A stretch of 14,712 nucleotides of DNA from Thainema sp. (GTDB taxonomy: Bacteria > Cyanobacteriota > Cyanobacteriia > Phormidesmidales > Phormidesmidaceae). Position numbers and translations under genes: made by a program. Shown here in pieces: positions 1 to 8,930 of the stretch. The stretch is from positions 1-14,712 of the forward strand of contig JBQLZK010000109.1 in assembly GCA_052168235.1 (NCBI GenBank), in the 5' to 3' direction. How positions within the stretch are numbered: position 1 is the stretch's first letter; each line of letters starts with the position of its first letter. The notes below the pieces were generated by a model. That model had not been told where the DNA came from and did not search any database. It saw only the letters and a list, made by a program, of their open reading frames with translations.

Positions 1-2
1 TT

Positions 3-65
3 CTCGTGCCCTTACCTCTCAGCAGTCCGATTGGCTACTGGGTTGAGCAATTACCGCAAATTTAA
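3..65 (+). CDS. possible 3' end of a gene entering from the left edge (…LVPLPLSSPIGYWVEQLPQI*)
   Basis: Open frame from position 3 to TAA at 63-65. It would converge on the VOC gene with the REP cluster between them, a typical REP location. Too short to identify. Confidence 0.3.
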   Translation, partial: LVPLPLSSPIGYWVEQLPQI

Positions 66-149
66 TCAAGTGAAATCTTTGGGGTAGGGGCATGGCAATG
101 CCATGCCCCTACGGGTGGACTAATGGACAGGGTGTTGGATTCACAATCC
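51..149. mobile_element. Family B repeat, copy 1 (GTAG-REP-containing MITE-like element, left end degenerate)
   Basis: Perfect palindrome GTAGGGGCATGGC-AAT-GCCATGCCCCTAC at 84-112. The flank ATTTAATCAAGTGAAATCTTTGGG and right end ATTCACAATCC align with the copies at 231-330 and 8722-8820. Confidence 0.75.
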
Positions 150-176
150 TAGGCGTTTACCAGAGACTCGACTCTG

Positions 177-227
177 GTAGGGGCAGAAGCCATGTAGCCC
201 TTCAGGCGTGGCTTCGCCCGCCTTTAC
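177..227. repeat. second GTAG-type hairpin between family B copies 1 and 2
   Basis: GTAGGGGC(177-184)…GAAGCCATG(186-194)/CGTGGCTTC(207-215)…GCCTTTAC(220-227). Preceded and overlapped by an 8-bp hairpin TACCAGAG/CTCTGGTA (158-179). Confidence 0.55.
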
Positions 228-230
228 TTA

Positions 231-330
231 GGAAGTCGGATTTAATAAGGTGAAGTCTTTGGGGTAGGGACACGGCATTGCCGTGTCCCTACAAATGGAA
301 CGGTTTACAGGCTATTTAATCCATAGTTCT
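231..330. mobile_element. Family B repeat, copy 2
   Basis: Perfect palindrome GTAGGGACACGGC-ATT-GCCGTGTCCCTAC at 264-292, exactly 180 bp after copy 1. Degenerate terminal IRs GGAAGTCGGATTTAATA / TATTTAATCCATAGTTCT, flanked by TTA and TAA. Confidence 0.8.
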
Positions 331-346
331 TAATGCCTGTTCTTAT

Positions 347-748
347 CTACTCTAGCGATTCATCCCAGTAGGCAGCCTCAATCTTGTGCCCGTCCAAGTC
401 ACGGACGAAGCAGCCATAATAGGCTTCACTGTAGTGAGGTCGAGACCCAGGTTCGCCATCACCTTTAGCTCCGGCAGCCAAAGCCCCATCATAAAAGGCA
501 TGTACGGCTTCTTTGGTTGGCGCAATAAAGCCAACGTGAGTGCCATTACCAACAGAAGCAGTCTGACCGTCAAACGGTGTTTGAATCCAGAACTCAGGAT
601 AGACCTTGCCATATGCGATCGCGCCTGGATGTTCCATTAAGCGCCGACAGCCCAATGTCGGCAAAACCTGATCATAAAAGGCAACGGCTCGTTCGAAGTC
701 GTTAGTACCAAGCGAGATATGGGACAGAATACTGGGGCTTTCTTCCAT
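347..748 (-). CDS. VOC family (glyoxalase/bleomycin-resistance-like) protein, 133 aa
   Basis: Motifs SHISLGTNDFERAVAFYD, GNGTHVGF and YYGCFVRDLDGHKIE, with the metal-ligand His/His/Glu pattern of the VOC fold. GGAG upstream of the ATG. Confidence 0.9.
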   Translation of the reverse strand: MEESPSILSHISLGTNDFERAVAFYDQVLPTLGCRRLMEHPGAIAYGKVYPEFWIQTPFDGQTASVGNGTHVGFIAPTKEAVHAFYDGALAAGAKGDGEPGSRPHYSEAYYGCFVRDLDGHKIEAAYWDESLE

Positions 749-789
749 GATTCAATTGCTCCATCAAAATGTCGTCCATATATCGCTAA

Positions 790-810
790 ATTATAGTTCA
801 AACGAACTAT
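790..810 (-). promoter_or_regulatory. -10 box TATAAT overlapped by a palindromic operator-like site, upstream of the VOC gene
   Basis: Plus-strand ATTATA at 790-795 is minus-strand TATAAT. Perfect inverted repeat ATAGTTC-AAAC-GAACTAT at 793-810. Confidence 0.55.
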
Positions 811-863
811 CACGTTTTGACTTGTAATATTTTTTGATGGGAAAAAAGAGGTGGAGGATGTCT

Positions 864-1853
864 CTAGACTTGACCCGCCTGAGAGGTTTCAGAAGCGGCT
901 ACCCGTGTGGATTCCACGTTTGCGCGGCGGGCGCGGAACATACCGAATCGACAGAGTCCTGCGCCAAAGCCCAGTCGCATTAGCAGGATGGTTGGCACCT
1001 CGCGAGCTGACTTGACGAATCCCGGTAAGCCATAGCGCAAAAAACCTTGGGGACGCTCGATGCCTTGCCAAATTGTATCGATCCAAGACGGCAGCGTTTC
1101 CTGCGTCCAGTCGGCAGTTTCCACCTGATCTTCGACCAAACCCGTTTCCATCAGCCGCTCAGAGAAGCCTTCAATGCTGGAAAAAGCCGGATGTGCCCAT
1201 TGATCGAGCAGTTGCCGCATTACGATGCGCTCCCAGAAATTGAGCGGCTTGCGGCGATCGTCGCGCTGGTTCCAGTCGGCCACAACCAAGATTCCACCTG
1301 GTTTCAGCACCCGCAGCAGTTCCCGCGCAAAGACTGCTTTGTCCGGCATGTGTGGCCCCGCTTCAACCGACCAGACCACATCAAAACTGGCATCAGGAAA
1401 CGACAGTGCCATCGCGTCATCAACTTGGAACTGGGCATCAACGCCTGTAGGTGTCAACTCCTGTGCCCGTTTGACCTGCTGAGGACTGATCGTCACGCCT
1501 GTGACAGAAAAACCGTAATCGCGAGCCAGGATACGGCTGCTGCCCCCGATACCGCAGCCCACATCCAGAACCGTTGTGCCTGCTGGGAGCTGATCTAAGC
1601 CGCCCCAGCGCGCCATTTCATGCACAAAATCAATCTTTGCTTGAATAAAATCTTTGGATTGGGATGGCAAACCGTAGTAGCCCAGGTGAATGTGCTCACC
1701 CCAGTAAAATTCTAGAATGCCGTCTTCTGTCCACTGGTCATAGGAATCCGCCACGGTATTGGACGACTGGTAGCGGCGAGCCGTGAGCAGATACGCAATG
1801 AATCCTATACCTGACAAGGTCAGGAGCAGTTTAAGGATGAACAACAGGTTCAT
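864..1853 (-). CDS. MPBQ/MSBQ methyltransferase (2-methyl-6-phytyl-1,4-hydroquinone methyltransferase, Synechocystis Sll0418 type; tocopherol/plastoquinone synthesis)
   Basis: N-terminal hydrophobic anchor, YDQWTEDGILEFYWGEHIHLG, SAM motif VLDVGCGIGG, WSVEAGPHMPDK and C-terminal GLCRFGMFRA closely match the recalled cyanobacterial Sll0418 family. Confidence 0.9.
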   Translation of the reverse strand: MNLLFILKLLLTLSGIGFIAYLLTARRYQSSNTVADSYDQWTEDGILEFYWGEHIHLGYYGLPSQSKDFIQAKIDFVHEMARWGGLDQLPAGTTVLDVGCGIGGSSRILARDYGFSVTGVTISPQQVKRAQELTPTGVDAQFQVDDAMALSFPDASFDVVWSVEAGPHMPDKAVFARELLRVLKPGGILVVADWNQRDDRRKPLNFWERIVMRQLLDQWAHPAFSSIEGFSERLMETGLVEDQVETADWTQETLPSWIDTIWQGIERPQGFLRYGLPGFVKSAREVPTILLMRLGFGAGLCRFGMFRARRANVESTRVAASETSQAGQV

Positions 1854-1864
1854 GGGGACGCAGA

Positions 1865-1893
1865 GTTACATTTATTTACACCCGTTTATTGTA
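1865..1893 (-). promoter_or_regulatory. HLR1-like (RpaB) direct repeat plus -10 box for the methyltransferase gene
   Basis: GTTACATT-TA-TTTACACC at 1865-1882 against consensus (G/T)TTACA(T/A)(T/A)-N2-(G/T)TTACA(T/A)(T/A), two mismatches. Minus-strand TACAAT at 1893-1888. Confidence 0.5.
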
Positions 1894-1895
1894 TA

Positions 1896-1993
1896 CTCAC
1901 ATCTTTCACCAAAACTCAAAGAAGTCATTTTGCCGCCGCAATAGGCAGCAAAATGACTTCTTTGAGAGCTTGATTAGCAAGGCGAAACTAGAG
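1896..1993. mobile_element. Family A MITE-like element, copy 1 (inverted relative to 7478-7578); its hairpin may also act as the fru operon terminator
   Basis: Begins CTCACATCTTTCACC. Internal 23-bp IR with 22/23 match at 1915-1937/1944-1966. Aligns end to end with the reverse complement of 7478-7578; distal TIR is degenerate. Confidence 0.75.
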
Positions 1994-1997
1994 TCAA

Positions 1998-3854
<1,857 letters not shown>

Positions 3855-3895
3855 AAGATAGCAAGCAATAAATTTCGCAATTTCATGTAACAGGT

Positions 3896-4837
3896 TTATG
3901 TGACAGGGCGGACGGTAATGCGATCGCACATGTCCTGAATGGTCGATAACGGCGGCAGGCGCGGCCCAATCTGGCTGAGTGCTCCCATTGAATAGGCTGT
4001 AGCGAGAGCGGCGCAGTCCGCCAAGGACTTTCCGCTGATTAAGCCAGCAACGATGCCTGCTACCATTGCATCACCCGCTCCCACTGTGCTTTTCACGTCT
4101 ATAGCAGGCGGTTGAGCATGGACGGCTTGTTTGTGATCGATAAACAGCGCACCCTCTGCCCCCATTGATACGACAACATAGGGAATACCGGACTGGATTA
4201 GCTCCCGCGCCGCGGCTACGATCTCTATGTGGCTGAAAAGAGAGACTCCTAGCAACTCTTCCAGCTCTGCCTGATTGGGCTTAATCAGATCTGGTTTGGC
4301 GGGTACTCCACAGCGCAGGGCGTCACCGCTGGTATCCAGCACCACGCGCCGATCGAGAGCTTTGACAGCGCCAATCAGCAGGTCATAGATATCGTTAGAA
4401 ACGCCGCCCGGAACGCTGCCGGAGAAGACGAACCAGTCGCACTGCTGCGCCAGCGCACTAACCACGTCCTGCAAGATCTGGATATCCTCTTCCCTCGGTT
4501 CCTGACCGGGATAATTAATGTCAGTCACCTGACCCTGGGCATCATCTACAATCTTGATGTTGACGCGGGTTTCGCCAGGAATGCGAACAAAGTGATCGGC
4601 AATCCCCTTTTGCTGAAAGAGCTGGTGGAATAGCGCGACATTATCCTCGCCTAAAAAGCCGCTGACGCTGACATCATGCCCCGTATCAGCCAGGAACGAG
4701 GCCACATTCACCCCCTTCCCCCCGGCATCGTCCTGCTTCCAGCTGACGCGGTTCACGGCATTGGCGCGAAAATTAGCAATGGCCACCGTTTGGTCAATGG
4801 CCGGATTGAGGGTAATCGTTGCAATTCGCTGATTCAT
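3896..4837 (-). CDS. fruK: 1-phosphofructokinase (PfkB family), 313 aa
   Basis: TITLNPAID, AGGKGVNVA, TRVNIKI, IKPNQAEL and STVGAGDAMVAG. ATG at 4837 overlaps the fruB TGA (ATGA coupling at 4834-4837). Lies between fruB and fruA. Confidence 0.95.
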   Translation of the reverse strand: MNQRIATITLNPAIDQTVAIANFRANAVNRVSWKQDDAGGKGVNVASFLADTGHDVSVSGFLGEDNVALFHQLFQQKGIADHFVRIPGETRVNIKIVDDAQGQVTDINYPGQEPREEDIQILQDVVSALAQQCDWFVFSGSVPGGVSNDIYDLLIGAVKALDRRVVLDTSGDALRCGVPAKPDLIKPNQAELEELLGVSLFSHIEIVAAARELIQSGIPYVVVSMGAEGALFIDHKQAVHAQPPAIDVKSTVGAGDAMVAGIVAGLISGKSLADCAALATAYSMGALSQIGPRLPPLSTIQDMCDRITVRPVT

Positions 4838-7305
4838 AGCTCCCGCACCTCCGCCGCTGTGCGGCAAGCCAGTGCTTTCTTCGCTAATCGCCGCATTTGC
4901 TTCATTGATGTGCCTCGCAGCTTAGCCTTGATTTTGGAAATGCTAGGAATATCCATACTCAGTTCCTTCACGCCCAATCCCGCCAGAATCAATGCGCCCA
5001 GCGGATCGCCCGCCAGACCACCGCACACCCCGACCCATTTCCCTGCGTCGGTCGCCGCCTGTACTGTTTGGCGAATAGCACGCAGCACCGCCGGATGCAG
5101 CGCATCTGCTTGCTTAGCCAGAGTGGGATGCCCCCGATCCATGGCCAGCAGATACTGGGTCAGGTCATTGGTACCGACCGAGAAGAAATCTACTTCCTGG
5201 GCAAACTCTGCCGCCATTAAAACTGCCGTCGGCACTTCCACCATCATGCCGATTTCCACCGGCGGAGCATCCAGTTGCGATCGCACAGACTCCAGCACTG
5301 TCTTTGCCGCCCGAATATCCTCCAGCGTGGCAATCATCGGGAACATAATCCGGATATAGCCACTCTGGGCAGCTCGCAGGATGGCTCGCAGCTGGGTTTC
5401 GAACAGCTCCGTACGTTCCAGGCAGAGCCGTATCCCCCGAATGCCCAAGAAGGGATTGTCCTCGGCGGGCTGATTGAGATACGGCACATGCTTATCGCCG
5501 CCAATGTCCAGCGTTCGCACAATCAGCGGCAGGCCGTTCAGCGCCTGGATCATCTGGCAGAGCGCGTCGTACTGCTCGGTTTCACTGGGCGGCTCGGAAC
5601 GATTGAGGAACAGAAATTCGGTGCGCAACAGACCAACTCCTTCACCGCCCGCTTGAACCGCCTGAGCCGCTTCCGCTGGGCCGCCAATGTTGGCGACAAC
5701 TTCAATCCGGTGGCCATCGGGGGTGAGGGCAGGCTGGAAGCGAGTTTGCTGCTCCACGTCGCGCAGCTTGGCCCGTTCGGACTCCGCCTGCCGCGCCTGC
5801 TCCAGATCCGCCTCGGTGGGTTGGGCGTAGAGTTGGCCACCATCGCCATCCAGAATGGCGGTTTGTCCGGTTGGTAAGTCTAGAATCGCTCGCCCGGCTC
5901 CAGCGACTGCCGGAATATTCAGCGATCGCGCAATGATCGCGGTATGGGATGTCGCTCCACCTGCCGCCGTACAGAAGCCGCGAATCGTTTCGGGGTCAAG
6001 TCCCGCCGTGTCGGAAGGCGTCAAATCATCGGCAATCAGAATTACTGGATGATCCGGCAGCTCCAGCCCCGCATCATCGGAAGCCACCAGCCGCGACAGT
6101 ACTCGCTGGCCCACGTCCCGCACATCAGCCGCCCGCCCCGACAGCACTGGATCAGCTAGAGCTTCCAGTTCCTTGGCACGGGCTTCAATCGCCTGCTGCC
6201 ATGCCCAAGCGGCACTGTGATTGGGCGGAATTTGGTCAATGGCGCTTTGGCGCAGTTCTGGATCGGCCAGAAACTCCTGATGAGCTTGAAAGATCGCGGC
6301 TTTGGCTTTACCGGATCGAGCTTTGACAGCAGTATAGAGTTCGGCTAGATCTGCTTCCGCACTTGCGATCGCAGCTTTTAAACTGGCAATCTCTGCGTCT
6401 GTATCTGCTGCCGTTTCTGAAAACTCTAGCTTGGCCCGATGAAATCGATAGAGCGGTGCGATCGCAAGTCCTGGTGAGGCCGCAACACCGCTAATCGCAT
6501 CGCTGGCCAATTCCAGTGCCGGCAGTTCGACGGGTAATTCGGGAGCCGCTTCTTCCTCCTCTTCCAGTCCCTCTTCCACCGCTTCCTGTAATGCTGCCAG
6601 CGCTTCGGCGGCATCGTCGCCCTTCGCCATCACCCGCACAACGCTATCTTTGCCAACCCCCAGCTTCAGCAGCGACATCAGGCTTTTGCCGTTAGCCACC
6701 TGATCCCCGTAGCGAACGCGCACTTCAGCCTCAAAGGATTTGGCTAAATCAGCAAACACGGTCGCTGGCCGAGCGTGGAGTCCTGTAGGCGCATCAATGG
6801 TCAGATCAACATACTGATCAAATCCAGCGGTATCGAGTCCGCCACCGTTGGCTGCTGCACCGGACTGCGCCCCTGATTGTGCACCCATCAAGCGATCAAT
6901 AATCATTTGGGGATTATCCGTTTCCACCAGTTGCTGCACAGCAGCGGGATCATCCAGCACATGGGTCAAATTGGTCAAAATCTGCAAATGCTCGTCTGAT
7001 TTAGCGGCAATTCCAACTACCAGCCGCACCGTTTCGCCCGGATTCCACTCCACGCCTACGGGCAACTGCACCACAGAAATGCCCGTGGTCAGAATCATGT
7101 CGCGTTTTTCGGGCTGCCCGTGAGGAATAGCAATACTGTTGCCCAGGTAGGTATTGGCCTGTTGTTCTCGGGCCAGCATGCTTTTGACATAGCCCAGTTG
7201 AATATGACCGTTTTCCACTAAAAGCTGACCCGCCTGACGAATAGCATCCTCTTTACTCTTAGCGGTCGCCTTCAAACGAATATTTGTTGGCTTTAAATTG
7301 ACCAT
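4834..7305 (-). CDS. fruB: multiphosphoryl transfer protein: EIIA(Fru)-HPr-Enzyme I fusion, 823 aa
   Basis: EIIA REQQANTYLGNSIAIPHG. HPr GLHARPA and KSLMSLLKLG. EI TSHTAIIARS, GLLRTEFLF, VRTLDIGGDK, NPFLGIRGIR, VGTNDLTQY and VGVCG. Confidence 0.95.
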   Translation of the reverse strand: MVNLKPTNIRLKATAKSKEDAIRQAGQLLVENGHIQLGYVKSMLAREQQANTYLGNSIAIPHGQPEKRDMILTTGISVVQLPVGVEWNPGETVRLVVGIAAKSDEHLQILTNLTHVLDDPAAVQQLVETDNPQMIIDRLMGAQSGAQSGAAANGGGLDTAGFDQYVDLTIDAPTGLHARPATVFADLAKSFEAEVRVRYGDQVANGKSLMSLLKLGVGKDSVVRVMAKGDDAAEALAALQEAVEEGLEEEEEAAPELPVELPALELASDAISGVAASPGLAIAPLYRFHRAKLEFSETAADTDAEIASLKAAIASAEADLAELYTAVKARSGKAKAAIFQAHQEFLADPELRQSAIDQIPPNHSAAWAWQQAIEARAKELEALADPVLSGRAADVRDVGQRVLSRLVASDDAGLELPDHPVILIADDLTPSDTAGLDPETIRGFCTAAGGATSHTAIIARSLNIPAVAGAGRAILDLPTGQTAILDGDGGQLYAQPTEADLEQARQAESERAKLRDVEQQTRFQPALTPDGHRIEVVANIGGPAEAAQAVQAGGEGVGLLRTEFLFLNRSEPPSETEQYDALCQMIQALNGLPLIVRTLDIGGDKHVPYLNQPAEDNPFLGIRGIRLCLERTELFETQLRAILRAAQSGYIRIMFPMIATLEDIRAAKTVLESVRSQLDAPPVEIGMMVEVPTAVLMAAEFAQEVDFFSVGTNDLTQYLLAMDRGHPTLAKQADALHPAVLRAIRQTVQAATDAGKWVGVCGGLAGDPLGALILAGLGVKELSMDIPSISKIKAKLRGTSMKQMRRLAKKALACRTAAEVREL

Positions 7306-7477
7306 GCGAACGTCTCTCGCTGCGGTGAAGTTAAATTTTTATTAGCTCTAACGTTGTAGAACTCTGAGCCCAATTCCTCAACCCTCGAAAGAGAGATAGA
7401 ATGAGCGATTTGTGGACTTCTGCTAACTTTTACTAATAAATTTTGTTAGCAAGACCAAAATAGCCATCGGCCTAAAA

Positions 7478-7578
7478 CTCACATCTTGCACCTTGCATTT
7501 TGAGAACCCGAGGAGGTTATTTTGCCGCCGCGATGCGGCGGCAAAATAACCATTCTGGGTTTTGGTGCAAGATGTGAG
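7478..7578. mobile_element. Family A MITE-like element, copy 2 (intact, 101 bp)
   Basis: Perfect 15-bp TIRs CTCACATCTTGCACC (7478-7492) / GGTGCAAGATGTGAG (7564-7578). Flanking 5-bp direct repeat TAAAA at 7473-7477 and 7579-7583. Internal perfect 17-bp hairpin at 7515-7531/7535-7551. Confidence 0.85.
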
Positions 7579-7881
7579 TAAAACCGATAGCAACAGCAAA
7601 ACAGATGGCGGGTTGAATTCGCGTCAGCAAACTCCGTCCGCCAGCCATTCAACTAGCATTAAATTTGAAGCAGAAAGCAGCCCAAAATCTTTGGATCTCC
7701 GGCATTCAGATTATTTTTGGCTCCAAACAAGCTATATGTTTATTGTTCAAGCAGCAGGACATGCTGTGAGCTAATCGTTATCTTTTCTTAGAAATCAATT
7801 AAAGAAAATTATTGTAAATCAACGAACGCTGCATTTTTGACGGCTTCCTGATAGAACTAGATATTCCTCTTGTTTGCGCCT

Positions 7882-8721
7882 ATGGATCTGCACAGCATTC
7901 AAACCTATCGTCGGCCCCAAACACTGGCGGAAGTCAACGACTGGCAGTCAGGCTATAGCTGGCTAGCTGGCGGAACGTGGGCTTATACCGAGCCGCAACC
8001 CCAGCTCACTACGCTAATTGACATCACTCAATTGGGCTGGGCCGAGTTAGAGATTACGCCCGACGGTTTGACGATTGGTGCCACCTGTATTTTGAGCGAT
8101 TTGCTGCGTCCCGCCTATCCTGTGGACTGGCCGGGAGTGCAAGTGCTGAAGCAAGCGGTTCTTGAACTGGCCTCCTTTAAAGTGCAGAATGTCGCTACCG
8201 TCGGTGGCAACCTCTGCTTGGCGATTCCGGCTGGAACGTTTGCTCCGGCAATGGTGCTGCTGAATGCGCGCTATGAGTTGGTGACGCCCGCAGGTAAGTC
8301 ACGCTGGGTAGATGCGATCGCATTTCAAACCGGAATAAAGCAGACGCGGCTGCAACCAGGCGAACTGCTGCGGAAAATTGTTATTCCAGCCGAGAAGTTA
8401 CAGTGGCAGGTGGACTATCAGCGGATTTGCGTCGCTTCCGCAGGATTGGCGGTTTCAATCGTGGCGACAGCCGTTCAACCTGTAACACAGCGGGTTCGAG
8501 TTGCCATTGGCGCTGCGATCGCAGTTCCCTGTCTACTGGAGTTTGACCACCTGCCGTCGGAGTCCGAGGTATCAGAGGCATTGGACAACCATTTACCGCT
8601 AGAGCATTGTTTAAACGACAGCTTAGCCAGTGCAGCCTATCGACGGCATGTGACCCAAATTCTGATTATGCGATCGCTGAGCATATCGGGACAAGGATCA
8701 AGCCATAATACGCTACCCTAA
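7882..8721 (+). CDS. FAD-binding subunit of a xanthine/CO dehydrogenase-family molybdoenzyme (CoxM/XdhB-like), 279 aa
   Basis: YRRPQTLAE, WLAGGTW, LTIGA, ASFKVQNVATVGGNLC and ASAAYRRHV. ATG 7882 preferred over TTG 7870. Confidence 0.85.
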   Translation: MDLHSIQTYRRPQTLAEVNDWQSGYSWLAGGTWAYTEPQPQLTTLIDITQLGWAELEITPDGLTIGATCILSDLLRPAYPVDWPGVQVLKQAVLELASFKVQNVATVGGNLCLAIPAGTFAPAMVLLNARYELVTPAGKSRWVDAIAFQTGIKQTRLQPGELLRKIVIPAEKLQWQVDYQRICVASAGLAVSIVATAVQPVTQRVRVAIGAAIAVPCLLEFDHLPSESEVSEALDNHLPLEHCLNDSLASAAYRRHVTQILIMRSLSISGQGSSHNTLP

Positions 8722-8820
8722 GGAGCGTGAATTTAATAAGGTGAAATCTTTGGGGTAGGGACACGGCGATGCCGTGTCCCTAAGGATGGAATGATTGACA
8801 GGCTATTTAATTCACGCTCC
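8722..8820. mobile_element. Family B repeat, copy 3 (most intact)
   Basis: 17-bp TIRs GGAGCGTGAATTTAATA / TATTTAATTCACGCTCC (16/17). TAA on both sides (8719-8721 and 8821-8823). Internal palindrome TAGGGACACGGC-GAT-GCCGTGTCCCTA at 8756-8782, with GTAG starting at 8755. Confidence 0.85.
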
Positions 8821-8930
8821 TAAGTGATCTTGTCGGTGGACACTGCCTGACGTTCACAGAAAATAATTTGGGGTCTTTCTAGTCAGATTTGGCATAAGTT
8901 GCTTCAGTTTTTCGGTTTTGAGGAAAAGAT

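Noticed and set aside
51..333. CRISPR array interpretation of the repeated palindromes
   Set aside because: Only two ~100-bp units at 180-bp spacing, a third copy 8.4 kb away, non-identical repeats and no cas genes. This fits dispersed REP/MITE elements.
864..1853. Assignment as gamma-tocopherol methyltransferase or sterol methyltransferase
   Set aside because: Same superfamily, but the N-terminal anchor and the YDQWTEDGILE and CRFGMF motifs match the Sll0418 MPBQ/MSBQ type.
3855..3929. 25-aa N-terminal extension of FruA (and 10-aa extension of FruK at 4838-4867) in the ORF track
   Set aside because: Each overlaps the upstream gene, and domain homology starts at MTKIVAV and MNQRIAT respectively.
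4676..6326. Long antisense ORFs (227, 200 and 125 aa) opposite fruB/fruK, and similar ones opposite other genes
   Set aside because: Shadow ORFs of GC-rich coding sequence with no motifs; they fully overlap confident genes.
6540..6890. Low-complexity stretches in fruB (GAQSGAQSGAAANGGG; EEGLEEEEEAAPELPVELP)
   Set aside because: Ordinary inter-domain linkers between EIIA/HPr and HPr/EI.
7562..7774. 70-aa ORF starting MVQD, and a 75-aa ORF at 10759-10986 also starting MVQD
   Set aside because: Both start at the TTG inside the family A right end (TTGGTGCAAGATG). They share nothing after the TIR and have no recognisable motifs, so they are repeat artefacts.
7814..7827. NtcA-like site GTA-N8-AAC upstream of the FAD-subunit gene
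   Set aside because: Deviates from GTA-N8-TAC and there is no clean TAN3T at the expected spacing. Plausible for a purine catabolism gene but not supportable from sequence alone.
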